From: Zootoca vivipara
Taxonomy: Eukaryota
Length of the DNA stretch: 64,000 nt
NCBI RefSeq assembly: GCF_963506605.1
Contig: NC_083276.1
Location: 81,468,001-81,532,000 of the forward strand
Reading direction: 5' to 3'
Positions 36,507-49,735 of the stretch are shown piece after piece (position 1 is the first letter of the stretch; each line of letters starts with the position of its first letter). The notes below the pieces were generated by a model that saw only the letters and a program-made list of their open reading frames with translations, was not told the DNA's origin and did no database searches. Both the position numbers and the translations under genes were made by a program.

Positions 36507-38975
36507 CTAAGAGGACCAGCACAGCATCGTTAGGCTATTGTGCCCCATGGACAAAAGCAGAAGGCTCATTCTAAACATTCAGATCTTGCATAGATTTTAT
36601 TTTTTAAAATAAGGTATATGCTGTCTCTCTTTCACACACACGTCATTTATTTTCTCTCAATTTTTCTAAGCCACCTTTGCACTAAGGAGTGACCAAGGCA
36701 ATGTGGCCAAAGAGCCAATGTGGATCAAGTATGTAGCACATGGAACAACCAACAGCTGCTAACCAATCAACAGCTACTAGCCATTATGCCTTCGTTCTAC
36801 CTGCTGAGAATTGCAAGTGGATAGGCCATTCAGCGCTGTTGTGTTCAGGCCCTTCCTTACACTACAGGCTTCCCATAGGCATCTGGTTGACCATTGTGAG
36901 AACCAAATGCTGGACTAGATGGGCTTTTAGTCTGATCCAACATGGCTCTCTTTATGCTAAACAAAAGCGCTGCCACTGAGCTAATGTTCAGTCCTTATGT
37001 TAACTTTGGGCCACTTACAACAACCCTGTAGTAAGGATTAAAATGAAGGGAACAATCCAAGTGATCTATGGACACTTCTCTGAAAGCTTTTCTGCACAGC
37101 AACAGTAGGGTCTTAGAAAATGGAGGTTCCTATTCTCACAAGGTTAAAGGGAATTATTCCTATAGACTTTAAATCATCCCTAAGAATGGGATGACTTCCA
37201 GATTGTCATTATTATGCAGGAGGAATTCAAGACATACTATAAATTTAGGTTTGGATTCAAGTTCTCTGTCATCCTAGCACAACAAAGAGGGTCATGCGCC
37301 TTCTAGGGTTCTTTTATGGCAGAAGTCAGTCATCTGATGGTTTATTTGTAGCACCCTTGGTGTAAAGTGAGATGAGCCAAGACTCATCCATTAACAGGGC
37401 AATCCTACACATGTCTACTCAGGGTTGAAGTCAATGGGGCTTACTCCCAGGAAACCAGTTATAGGATTCAAGACACAATCTTACTTTGTTTCATGGGCTC
37501 ACTTCTGAGCTATTAATGGTGTGCAGCTGGTATGGGGAAGCAGTGGAGCTCCAAATGTTGTTGGACTCCAACTCCCATCATACCTGAGCATTGGCCGTGC
37601 TGGCTGAGTCTGGTGGGGGTTGGAGTCCAATAGTTTCTGGAGGGTCACAGGCTCCCCACTCCTGGCATCAAGGAACCCTCCCCTAGGCAGAGCTCATGGA
37701 TAACTTCTTCCAGTTACAATAGGAAAAGATGTGTGCTCCTCATCCCATGCGGCAAAACTGATCTAGATGCAAGGTGGAATAATCAGAGAGCTGCATGGCC
37801 AGTAAGAATGCATTTTGAATTCAGAAAGTGCAACCCCGCCCTCCCAAACACACACATATCCAAATCCGCTCTAAAGAAGGCTGGGTGAATGCTTTCTTTT
37901 CCAGCATGGACAATTCAGTCTGGCTCAAGCTAATAACCCCAGAACACAGCATGAAAAAAGCATGTCAGGGTTTTGCTCTCAAAGGCAGCAGCTGATCTGG
38001 AATCATCTGAGAAGGCAACAAATGCTTATCAAGCAAGCTTGACTGAAACGTAATAGCTGTGAATGCACCATTCTTGCCTTGAGGTGGCTGTGGGGGGGGG
38101 GCAGCGGCAGTTAGATTAAATGGATCGGTTCCTTCCAACCCATAGGTTATATGTTATATTATCTTTTTTCTGCTTTTGATTGTCCACACCCTGCAAAAAT
38201 TTACTCCGGCCCTTTGTCAATGTGACTGATGACAGGCATGTGTTCTTCCCCCTATACTGTACCCAAAGCATCAGTAACCCATAGGTTGTGAATAACCTCA
38301 TCAAGGCCAAGTACTTAATAAGGTTGACAGGTGTTTCAGGGGTGGCTTTACCTAAAAACTATGTGTTTTTAACAGCAGTAAAGTGTATGTATGAGATTTC
38401 AGTGGGATGGATGATATTCTCATGTTTAGCTGACTTTGAAGACTAGGAAGACATGCCTGTGGTTTTTCCCCATTCCTATCTAATGCATGGTTTCAGGTAA
38501 CCTTCACCTAGGCATTATGATGTTCCCTATACCCATTTTCGGGGGCAATGTCCAGTTGCCAAGTGGAATAATTAAATGGACTTCTATTTAGTGGCCACAA
38601 CACACCCACCAGGTCTTAAAATCAAGAATCCAGAAGAAGCTGGACCACAGACTTCATTCAGTGTGGCAGTTCTTTAAGATTAGTTGCCCTAGGCTAAGAG
38701 TACTCACCATCCATGCTTCTAAAGACAACGTTGTCCAGCTCTGCCTGTCTTTAAATTCTCCTTGTATAGTGAAGAGATACTGCTTGGGGTGGTCTCTCCT
38801 CCTTAGATCATATCACTGCCTCACAGCCATGCCTGCTGGATGACTCTAAACCCCCAGGAAGAGCTGCCCTCTAAAAATGACTCACAAGATAGTTGCATGA
38901 ACCTTCTTCTTACCCCAACACCAGGGAATGGACTCTCTAATGAGTAGCTGGGGAACAGCAAGGCACATAGGGGAG

Positions 38976-38977
<2 letters not shown>

Positions 38978-39006
<29 letters not shown>
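38978..39006. repeat. (TG)n microsatellite
   Basis: Direct observation. Confidence 0.9.
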
Positions 39007-39012
<6 letters not shown>

Positions 39013-40042
39013 TCTGGTAAAAACTTTTTTTTAAAAAAAACATATTCAGATAGAGCTCAAAGTACAAAGCAGTAGATGTGTATTGTAGACAGCACATATT
39101 TTATTCCCAGTCATTAGCACTATGCAGTGTTTTTCATTGCTCTGCAGAAAGCTCCAAGCCTTTGACTCAAAAAGATGAGTGCATAGGAACCTGCCATTTA
39201 TAGTCAGATCACTGGTCCACCCACCCCAGCATTGTCTACTTTGACCAGCAGTAGCCCTTGAAGATTTCAGGCAGATCTCTCTCTCAGCCTGCTTTGGAAG
39301 AGCTTTGGAAGTGGGATATGCCAGGAATTGAATCTGGGATCCTTGTGCATGCACTGAGCTTTGGTCACTCAAGTAAATTGTTCATTGTACGTTTGATAAC
39401 TTGCAGCTGAATGTGTGAACTGACTCAATCAAAAAGCAGCACACTAGGCAGATGTCTGGGTGTCATATCTATAGGGGCTGATTCACCCTTGCATGTCCCC
39501 ATTTGATGCTAAAGTGAATGAATGTGGATTTGTGAACTGACCCAAAGCATGCTCCTAACTTCTTCTGAGCCTTTGATGGGGCTTCTTGTGGAAGCAAGTG
39601 AAGCCATATTCTACAATGGCAGGCAAAAACAAGCCATTCAGAGTCACGCACCAGTTCGATCTGGATGGGAAATGTTTTCCAACCACAAGCTTGACAACAA
39701 AAATAAAGACCCTGAGCATGGCCACAACCCAGTTAAAAGGGTCATGGAGAAAGTTATGGGGGTAAAGACTTCACTCTAGCAACCATTAATTCACCTTATT
39801 GCCATGAGTTTAAAAAACATCACATTTCACCTCCATTACAGGAGCTAAGAAGGGAATGGGAATAGACATAGGGTCCCTGTGGTTGACCCAGGACTAAAGT
39901 GATCCCTGCATTGGGATTAGAAGTCAAAATTACAGCTTCACTTTATAAAATATGGTGGCTACAAATGACAATTTATCCTAGGTATGACATGTGTACCCCA
40001 TTCTCACCAAGTGGGAAGCCAGTCCCTACAGCATCCAGACTA

Positions 40043-40069
40043 GAGATGATGATGAAGATGATGATAATG

Positions 40070-40108
<39 letters not shown>

Positions 40109-40562
40109 TTATTATTTATACCCCGCCCATCTGGCTGGGTTTCTCCAGCCACTCTGGGTGGCTTCCAACAGAATATTAAAATACAACAATCTATTAAACA
40201 TTAAAAGCTTCCCTAAACAGGGCTGCCTTCAGATGTCTTCTAAAAAGTCTGGTAGCTGTTTTTCTCTTTGACATCTGATGGGAGGGCATTCCACAAGGGG
40301 GGTGCCATTACCGAGAAGGCCCTCTGCCTGGTTCGCTGTAACTTGGCTTCTCGCAGCGAGGGAACTGTCAGAAGGCCCTCAGTGCTGGACCTCAGTGTCT
40401 GGGCAGAACGATGGGGGTGGAGACGCTCCTTCAGGTATACTGGACAGAGGCCGTTTAGGGCTTTAAAGGTCAGCACCAACACTTTGAATTGTGCTCGGAA
40501 ATGTACTGGGAGCCAATGTAGGTCTTTCAAGACCGGTGTTATGTGGTCTCGGCAGCTGCTCC
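40043..40562 (-). mobile_element. L2 3' fragment with simple-repeat tail
   Basis: [42 protein letters not shown]2 ORF2 peptide. Confidence 0.88.
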
Positions 40563-41487
40563 CCCCCCCATTTTTTCCGGTTTCCCCCCAGGCCTTCCCA
40601 TCTCTAATCCAGGCACAAGGTGAGAAAAATACTACCAGCAGTTACACCATGTTTGCCAGATACTAGAGAGAACCAGCTCATGACTGCAGTCATCCATAGC
40701 CACCTGGCAAACTAAGTTCCATGATCAGCAGAAACAAGTGTTGTTCTGCTGGAATTTACCACTTCGGGTGGCAGGGGATAGTACTGTATGGCTGAATATA
40801 AAGAAAACTCCAGAGAACAGAAAATGGACATGCCTGCAAGAAGACTATGATAGAACCCTTCTCCCTGATAAGGTGTGTGTGTTCGTGGTGGTGAGGCTAT
40901 GCATGGGAGAGCATTCAAATGTGTGGTTTCTACATGCTGAAGCGCAAAGGCAACAGCAGCTGCTTCTCTTGAATGTGAATTTCAAATTCCCAGCTGTAAT
41001 ATTTTTCACTCAGTCATGCTCACCATCACCGCTAGTATTCTATCCTAATAGTTGGGCTGTTCCGCTTGGAGCATTTATCATGCCCATGTGGAACACCTAG
41101 CAAGTGTTGGCTAAGGGTTACTGTAATGTAAATATATCAAAAAATGACAGTTGCATAGAAAAGAAATGTCCTGTACTTATGAAAGATCTCCCAAACCTGG
41201 CTTTAGTGCATGGTTTTTTTTTATGTCTGTCACTGAAAGAATAATAGACCCCCAACAACAAAAGACCCTGCAGACAAGTGCTCAGCACAAATTGTGTGTT
41301 GATAATATATTGCTTATAATTATTTTTAGATGACTCTTTTGGGATGTCGCCATGTTTCTTTACAAAGACCTTGAAATGTAATTATAATATAAAGTAAAAT
41401 GCATTTAACAAATACCGTACCTGTCTTTTAACAAAATTCTCAGTGCAAATTCACAGCAATTCACAAACAACCTGAGTATGCCGAGGT

Positions 41488-42459
41488 TCATGACAATACA
41501 ATAAGGGCAGTTCTCTGTGTGTTCTTCAGACACATGTTCTTCACACGGTTGAGAACCTTTCCCAAGGCTTTTTTCACATCTCTGTTCCTGAGGGTATAGA
41601 TGATGGGATTCAGCACTGGGGTGATGACAGTATAGAACACGGATACCACTTTTTCCAGTTCAGAAGTCTGACCGGAATGTGGACAGAGGTACATGAAGAT
41701 GACAGTGCTGTAGAAGATGGTGACCACCGTGAGATGGCTGGCACATGTGGAAAAGGTCTTGTGCCTCCCAGAAGCAGATGGGAGATCTAAGATGGTAGAA
41801 ACAATCAGGGCATAAGAAGTCAAAGTCAGGAGAAAGGACACAAGCACAATCACTGCAGACACAAGAAAGACCATTGTGTCAGCCATGAAGGTGTCTCCAG
41901 TCGATAAGTTAATTAAGGGGCTCGTGTCACAGAAGAAGTGGTTGATCTGGTTGCTGCCATTGAAGGGGAGCTGGGAGATGAAGGCTATGGGCAAGAAGGG
42001 GGTCAGGAAGCCCCCCAGCCAGCAACTGCAGGCTAGGCAAGCACAGACATGGTTGTTCATGAGCACAGGATACTGCAGTGGCTGGCAGATGGCTAAGTAC
42101 CTGTCATAGGCCATAATAGCCAAGAGGAAAAATTCTGTGGTACCAAGCGAGAAGAAGAAATACATCTGGGTGATGCAAGCCTGCAAGGAGATGGCTTGAG
42201 GGCCAGTGAGAAAGTCCCCCAGCAGCCGGGGAACTGTGACTGAGGTGTAGCACATCTCTAGGAATGAGAAATTGCTCAGGAAGAAGTACATGGGGACATG
42301 TAGAGCCACATCCATATTTGAGAGGAGAATGATCAAGGCATTGCCAAGGAGAATGAAGAGGTAGACTACCAAAAAGCTGAAGAACAACAGGATCCGGAAC
42401 TCCTGGAATCCAGAGAAGCCCAGTAGGATGAATTCAGGGGACGAGGTGTTGTTCAGCAT
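41488..42459 (-). CDS. Olfactory receptor, class II family 6/11-type (323 aa from MLNNTS, intact)
   Basis: NNTS glycosylation site, LHVPMYFFL, MAYDRYLAIC, KTFSTCASHL, PVLNPIIYTLRN. The upstream ORF extension is a polypyrimidine tract with AG 3 nt before ATG 42459. Confidence 0.9.
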   Translation of the reverse strand: MLNNTSSPEFILLGFSGFQEFRILLFFSFLVVYLFILLGNALIILLSNMDVALHVPMYFFLSNFSFLEMCYTSVTVPRLLGDFLTGPQAISLQACITQMYFFFSLGTTEFFLLAIMAYDRYLAICQPLQYPVLMNNHVCACLACSCWLGGFLTPFLPIAFISQLPFNGSNQINHFFCDTSPLINLSTGDTFMADTMVFLVSAVIVLVSFLLTLTSYALIVSTILDLPSASGRHKTFSTCASHLTVVTIFYSTVIFMYLCPHSGQTSELEKVVSVFYTVITPVLNPIIYTLRNRDVKKALGKVLNRVKNMCLKNTQRTALIVLS

Positions 42460-43477
42460 AATCTTGGTGTTGCATGTACAGCCAGCATCAAAAACAGGAG
42501 GAGGAGGAGGAGAGAAACAGACAAAGATGTGTTGGTGATAAAGAGATACCAAATGGAAAATCCCAACATTGCTGTTCTAATGACCAGATCAAGGACATCT
42601 AAGTCCACTTTCGTGATGTTTGGTTTGAACAAAGCCATAACTCTGTCTCATGATGATACAAGTAAGCTTCAAGTTTCATTCATAGACATTTGCATATAAT
42701 GAAGTCAACCCGATTTGGCTTTTTGGTCATATAGGATGTGTAATGGACATTGTATATTTTTCCAAAATCACAATTCACCATATTCTTGACATTTTTCCAA
42801 GGATGGGTTAAGCCTGGTTGTAGTGACTCACAAAGTGGACAAGTGTTGAATCATTCACAAAACCCATTCAACAGCATTTTGAAACTACCGGGATATACTT
42901 ATGTGAATCACCTTCTGGTGGAACCCAAGTTCCTCAATCAAGCCTCCATCGCCAACCTCTTAGTTGGGGTATTAGCATGGTAGCAGTGGAAGTTGCCTTA
43001 TATTGAGACAGACCATCTTCCCATCTAGCTCAGTTTTGTCTACACTGACTGGAAGTGGTTCTTCAGAGTTTCAGGCAGGATTATCTTGCAGCCCTACTTG
43101 GAGATACTGGGGAAAGAAGCTCCTATTGCTCCTTGTCAAACAGAAATTATTCCTTCCTCAGTCTTGACATTTTATTTCAAGTTGCAAGACTTCACAGAGA
43201 GAACTTAACCTCCTGCCCCTTGTGTCTTGAAGAATCAAAGCATAAACAAAATATAAAAAGGTACCATATTCTTTTCAGTGTATATAACATAAACTACATT
43301 GATAAACGTATGAGAAAAAACAAAACAATATTAATCAGAAAACTAAAAAGAAGATGGGACACCAGTTAAAAATTCATTGCAACTGCTCAATTTTGTTTTT
43401 CCAGCTTTATTTTTTCAGCTGTCCTTGGAAGGAGTGAGACTATCCAACACCTGAGGAGAGTTTATGCATTTGCTCCA

Positions 43478-43828
43478 AGGTAAAGGGGTAAAGGGACCCC
43501 TGACCATTAGGTCCAGTCGTGACCGACTCTGGGGTTGCGCGCTCATCTCGCATTATTGGCCGAGGGAGCTGGCGTATAGCTTCCAGGTCATGTGGCCAGC
43601 ATGATAAAGCTGCTTCTGGCAAACCAGAGCAGCACATGGAAACGCCGTTTACCTTCCCGCTGTAGCGGTTCCTATTTATCTACTTGCATTTTGACGTGCT
43701 TTCGAACTGCTAGGTTGGCAGGAGCTGGGACCAAGCAACGGGAGCTCACCCCGTCACAGGGATTCGAACCGCTGACCTGTTCAGCAAGCCCTAGGCTCAG
43801 TGGTTTAACCACAGCGCCACCTGGGTCC
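43478..43828 (-). mobile_element. Sauria SINE (subfamily 1)
   Basis: Reverse complement nearly identical to the 23436 copy. Confidence 0.92.
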
Positions 43829-44144
43829 AAGGGACCCTTAGTTATATTTTTCTTTATCCTAAGAAAGATAGAAAAATATATGAGGCTGAACAAACTGAAA
43901 TGTGGCAATTAGTCAACAGAATTGTGTAAAAGACCCTGGATGGAGTGTAAGAAAAATCTGGAACAGCACATAATTTTAAAACAATATATACTCTATAAAG
44001 AAAACCAGGAGGGATAACTCTGATAAGCAACAAATAGCGTAGTTGCCTTTTGTGAATGCCACACTATAGGCAACATTTAATGGGAATTAGTTCTTGTACA
44101 ATTCACAAAAACTACAAATTAAATTAATTAAGGTTCACTTAATA

Positions 44145-44366
44145 TAGTGGTACCTCGGGTTACAAACTCTTCAGGTTACAGACTCCGCTAACCCAGAAAT
44201 AGTACCTCAGGTTAAGAACTTTGCTTCAGGATGAGAACAGAAATTGTGCTCCGACAGCATGGTGGCAGCAGGAGGCCCCATTAGCTAAAGTGGTGCTTCA
44301 GGATAAGAACAGTTTCAGGTTAAGAACGGAACTCCGGGACGAATTAAGTTCTTAACCAGATAACTG
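44145..44366. mobile_element. Tc1/mariner-type MITE, diverged
   Basis: ta(t)agtggtacctcgggtt...ttaacc..actgta termini. Confidence 0.6.
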
Positions 44367-44420
44367 TATTCAGATAGTTAAAAGTTGGAGTCGTCACTCA
44401 TTTTCTTGAAGACTTTATTT

Positions 44421-44600
44421 GGGAGAGGACCATAGCTTGGTGACAGAGCATATGCTGTGCATGTAGAAGTCTAGGATTCAATTCCTGACATCTCCAGTAA
44501 AGACTGGGAACAACTCCTGCCTGAAACCCACTTCCAGTCAGCAAAAACAACACTGAGCTACATGAACTCATAATTTGATTCATTATAAAGGCAACTTCCT
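44421..44600 (+). mobile_element. Old tRNA-derived SINE (diverged relatives at ~39185..39370, 42990..43110, 56995..57160)
   Basis: catagct..gtgacagagcat..gcatg.agaag..ggattcaattcc A/B-box-like head. Confidence 0.5.
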
Positions 44601-45819
44601 GTTTTGCTCAGTAAAGCACACTGCCACAACCCAAAGCAGAATCAAGCCCATTAAATAATATTTGTAGATGTGCTTAACTCTGTAAGATTGTGAACAGAAA
44701 AACAAATATGCCAGTGTTACACTCAGTGGGGATCTAAACACAATAGGTAAGAATATGTAAGGAATGCAAATGAGAAGGGGGATCAAAGCATCTTAAAGAT
44801 GGAACCTTGTACATGAATTTGGAAGTCAACCCAACTCCATCTTCTATATTAATCCATGCTTGTTTCAATGGCTAACCTTTCCAGAACAAATGCAAGCAGA
44901 TTCTTTTATTTTATACAGTGCACATTTACACCTTATTTTGTTCTGATCTTCTGAGTCAAAGAAAGAACATAAGCAGGGTGCGTGGAATGCCAAACTAAAG
45001 CAAAATTCAAATGATACAGATGAAAGCTGGTAATAGCATTCTGCTGCTGAAGCACATTACACATACGTTCCTAAAACACATGCTTATTCCTATAGCAACT
45101 GTTTTCAGAAATTGTCTTTGGTTTTGTCAATTACCAGGAGTGGTATTGGGAGCTAACCAATTTCTGCAGGTAGATACAGGCTTGGGTAGCCATGGGAAAG
45201 GTCAGAAAAATGTTAACTTCCCTGCCTTTAAATTTCAGGCAACCATTTTTGAGTATCATGGAAGGAGAGTGAATTATTAGGCTTTTAATTTTTTATCATT
45301 GTATTTTCACTCCCAGGAAAACCAGTCTTTGGCACTATGTACACATGACTTTACATGGGGAAAGTGTTTGCATGTTTCTGCCTCCCACAGCCAAATGCCT
45401 TGAAGAGGCTCTGATAAGAATGCAAGAAAACTAAGCTTGTGTGAATCATGATCTCATAGCAAACTGGGATCAGAGAGGAGAGAATACATACCTTAAATCA
45501 CAGGGCCAATCTTGCAGTCACTGAGATGTAGCCTCTGCAGAAATAAAGCACAAAACCCCTTCCTCTACTTGACTTCAGATCAAGAGCAAGGAATCAGTCA
45601 AAATTGTTTTTCACCTGTTTTCTGCTGACAATATTTGCATGCAGAGACGGATTCTGCTTACAGCCTCCATGAGCCCGATCCTTAAGTAGATCTAGCTTGA
45701 CCCAAACTGGCCCACTCAGCTTTTCTTTTCTAACTACTCAGAGCAGCAGACACACTCTACAAATTACAACCCCCAAGACCTGACTATGCATAGCTATGCC
45801 TTTGAACTAGGGAGCTGCT

Positions 45820-46012
45820 GGCCTTATATAAGCTCAGCTGGGGGAACAAGAGATTCACACTTTGTTCCTTATGGGTGAAAGATACACAGCCCAATTACCC
45901 TTTGATGAGCTACTTGGAAAACAGATCAGGCGTTCAATTATACAAAATTCTGGTGGTAGGGAGAGGTCACTTTATAAGGGCACCTGAGGCCTTTGAATCC
46001 TCTTGAGAGAGT
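45820..46012 (-). promoter_or_regulatory. Candidate promoter of the OR at 41488..42459
   Basis: TATA-like TTATATAA (45824..45831), two homeodomain-type TAATTG sites (45892, 45935) and loose O/E-like sites; plausible non-coding exons lie downstream. Confidence 0.3.
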
Positions 46013-48051
46013 GACATTTCTATAGGGACCGATCCAGATGATTGGCTGCTGCACCTACACAACTCTGGTATTCAACAGACATACTGCAGCCCAGTGGGAT
46101 CCCACTGTGGAAAGTGGTTCTCCTGCAGCAGCAGGTGTCTGTGTGGGTGGAAAGGGGCATGCAGGGAAGCCAGAAATTGGTGATCTCACTAGGCCCACTG
46201 CCAATGCATTCTTATAATGCAGACTACACCAGCAAGATGAGCAATAGCTAGTTGAACTTCTTGGTTTCTGCTACACAGTTTTTAGCATACCTTTGCCTTT
46301 TGGCCACTAGGTGGCAACCACATAAATATTACAAGATGATCTGCACACCTTCTCTGTCCTCCATAGAATAATCAGCCTGGGGTGACCCTGATGAAGAGGC
46401 TGGTCTTGCCTGCTTTAAGGAGGACAAACCAGGTGGGGCGAGGCCTTCTGTTATAGGCCTTGTGTGCAAGCTCCCCTGAAGGCTGCAAACATGCAGGGAA
46501 ATTCCTGTGGGGAGAATTAAATAGATCTTAGAATCATAGAAATGTAGAGTTGGAAAGAACCATGAAGGTCATCTTGCTCCACCCCCTGCAATGCAGGGAG
46601 CTTTTGCCCACATTGGGCTCAAACCTAAGACCCTGAAATTAAGATAGTCATGCTCTACGGACTAAGCTATATGAATCCATGTGTGGGTGAGCAACAAAAG
46701 AAACCAGCTGGGTACCTGGATTCAAAATGTGGGGCACTGTGTACTCTCCTACAGAGAGAGCGCCCCAGTAGCAGAGATTAAACTCATAAAAATTAAGCTG
46801 TAGTATAATGTTAGGAATATTTTTATTCAGTTCAGCTGCACACAGCAGCTGACCACGTTCTACTCCTCCTGCTATCAGCAGACTACATACTGTTGAGTAA
46901 GTTTAAAATGCCTTACTTACAGATTCAAGGTCTCAATCATGCATTGTACCATGCAGCAGCAAGGCTAATACAGGCATATAACACTCTTGGGTAGACAGTA
47001 CAGAATAGAGTTCCAGGCATGTGCTGCAAGCTTGGGAGCAAGCTTACACATGTCCACATCATTGCATGATGGAGAGACTTCACTTCCTCCCTCTCCAGAA
47101 GAGAGGGAGTGTGACCTAGATGAGTCTATTTAGCAATATAACTCTGTGGGTCCTTTACCCCTTCCTGCACTAACTAGCCCTATGCTTGCTAGTTGTATTT
47201 TTCTGCAATTTCCTACCCTCCCTGGGTGCTGCATACAATGGCTGCCCTTCAAAAGGATGGACAGATAGAGGTTGGTTCAGTCTCTTTCCACCCCACAACC
47301 CACCCACCCCACTCTATGCAGGTGCTGGCATGCATTGGAGGGCCCTTAGAGAAGTTATCTCCTTCCTATGCTCCTTTCCTCTTTCTACACAGTGATCATC
47401 ACAGTGATAAACTCCAGGACCTTGTTTACTGAAGAAACAAAAACTTAACAAGTCCCCTGAGTAATAATCTGGGTTATGAGTAATAATCATCCAGGTAATC
47501 ATCTGGAGATATGACTCCATCCCATTTTCAATTCTGAGATGTGGGAAGGGGCTAAATTGCCCGGTTTTCTCTCTTTCGGTGAACAGAAAGAAATTAGACA
47601 CCATCTCTGTAGTTTTATGCATGAGATTTTCTGATATAAAAATAATATCGCACTGTGGCCCGATGATGGAGATAAGATTATTGCTCCCATAGTGCAATGC
47701 CTCCCTTATGACCTTGGTGGTCTTAGTTCTGATCATGCTTTGGGTAGCTTGAAAGTCGTGGAAATAGAACAGAGTGAAGGAGGAATATGGCTCACTGATT
47801 TACACAGGGGAGCATACATTTCCCAAAAGAAAATGGTCCTGATGTGAAAGGATATTGATATGAGAAAGTGGATAGCTCAAAGCTGGTTCTTCATTTTTTT
47901 TTAAGGGGAAAAAGGAGGGCAGGGGTCTACCTAAGTAGTTCTGCAATAAATGTTCATCTTTTCAGACTTTTGAAAACAGTAATAAAGACCATAAAGCACT
48001 TTCTGAACTGTTTTGTGTATTTAAATAAGAGGGTAGATATTATTCCTTACA

Positions 48052-48294
48052 GGGACGCAGGTGGCGCTGTGGTCTAAACTACAGAGCCTAGGGCTTGCCG
48101 ATCGGAAGGTTGGCGGTTCGAATCCCTGCAATAGGGTGAGCTCCCGTTGCTCAGTCCCTGCTTCTGCCAACCTAGCAGTTTGAAACCACGTCAAGTACAA
48201 GTAGATAAATAGGTACCGCTCTAAGCGGGAAGGTAAACGGCCACAACCGCAGTCATCAGCGACTGGACCTAATGGTCAGGGGTACCTTTACCTT
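48052..48294 (+). mobile_element. Sauria SINE with internal deletion
   Basis: Head and tail present; TSD TATTATTCCTTACA on both sides. Confidence 0.9.
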
Positions 48295-48372
48295 TATTAT
48301 TCCTTACAGGAACTATCCAATATAGAGGTTTTCATACTTTTTAATATTTGCTTTTTATATTAATGTTACATA

Positions 48373-48603
48373 CTCTGTTTCTCCGAAAATAAGCCGTAGC
48401 CATAAAATAAGCCGTAGGAGGATTTTTAAGCATTCAAGGAATATAAGCCATACCCCGAAAATAAGACATAGTAATAGGCACAGCAGCAATGTCAGCTGTG
48501 GCAGGAGAAGGAGGGGGAAAATAAGACATCCCCTGAAAATAAGTCATAGTGTGTTTGAGGAAAAATAAATATAAGACGGTGTCTTGTTTTCGGAGAAACA
48601 CGG
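48373..48603. mobile_element. Tc1/mariner-type MITE with internal AAAATAAG repeats
   Basis: TIR tgtttctccgaaaa / ttttcggagaaaca, flanked by TA. Confidence 0.75.
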
Positions 48604-49042
48604 TACATTAATCATCCATCCATCCATGCATGCAGCAGTAATACAGAAAAAAAACATCATGTAACAAAAAACAATATGCATGGGAGTATTGCGCCGGAGG
48701 GTATATAACAAAAAGGGCCACAAGTTCATGATAAAACACAGGACACAGGACAACTGTCAAATAATAAAATAATAGGTGCCTTGGTGATAAGTCCAGCCCA
48801 AACGTTCTGTAGGAATTCAGAGGTTTAACGGAACCTCCCCGACTAATCACATAATGCAAAAAAGGAGCCAAATTGTTGCAAAATTGTCACTCTTTGTTTC
48901 TCCTCTAAGAGCACAGTGGCTTTGTGTTAATTTTTCAGCTAGTGCCATGAACCGTCCTGAGATCTACGGATGAAAAGCAGTATACAAATTTAATAAAATA
49001 AAAAATAAATGAACCACATCTTGCCCCACCAGCACCTTACAA

Positions 49043-49275
49043 TCAGCTTAGAGAACAATTCCCAGTCCTGTGGCAGCTAGTAGAAGATGAATTATATCTT
49101 TGCATGACAGCCCAAATGTAGACTTTGGAAGAGCCCTGAGTCCAGAAAAAACCACCTATCTGGTTTAGAATAGCTATGATTTCTTGAAAGATTCTTTGCC
49201 AGAAAACTTGTATCCTGGAACATGGCCACCACATATGAAACTCTGTGTCCAAATGGTCACATTCACACCAACACA
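49043..49275 (-). mobile_element. L1/Tx1 ORF2 C-terminal remnant
   Basis: HMWWPCSRIQVFWQRIFQEI matches the zinc-knuckle region of L1-clade ORF2. Confidence 0.6.
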
Positions 49276-49486
49276 ATAGATTCAAAGTGGTATTTTTATA
49301 CTTGTTTTATTTGCTTTTCGGTAAGTCACTTCGAGTTTCCATTTTTTAGGGGGGGGGACTAATTAGCGCCAGCCCACCCATTAGGCAAGGTGAAGTGACC
49401 ACCTGAGGCAACAGGATCCACCTGAGCAGCAGATCCCAATGTTGATCTGTCTTCCCCACTTGTTCCTGATGTAGATCTTCCTCCAC

Positions 49487-49735
49487 GAGAGCCAGTGTGG
49501 TGTAGTGATTAAGAGCAGTAGATTCGTAATCTGGTGAACCGGGTTCGCGTCTCCGCTCCTCCACATGCAGCTGCTGGGTGACCTTGGGCTAGTCACACTT
49601 CTCTGAAGTCTCTCAGCCCCATTCACCTCACAGAGTGTTTGTTGTGGGGGAGGAAGGGAAAGGAGATTGTTGGCCGCTTTGAGACTCCTTAGGGTAGTGA
49701 TAAAGCAGGATATCAAATCCAAACTCTTCTTCTTC
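49487..49735 (+). mobile_element. tRNA-derived squamate SINE (MIR-like core, TTC-repeat tail)
   Basis: gccagtgtggtgtagtg.ttaagag A-box, gggttcg B-box, gggtgaccttgggc.agtcac core. Confidence 0.75.

Noticed and set aside
35970-36533. 187-aa ORF antisense to OR6Q1-like and similar shadow ORFs
   Set aside because: By-products of codon bias on the opposite strand of real genes
42460-42552. 31-aa N-terminal extension of the OR in the ORF track
   Set aside because: It is an intronic polypyrimidine tract and acceptor; the true start is most likely ATG 42459
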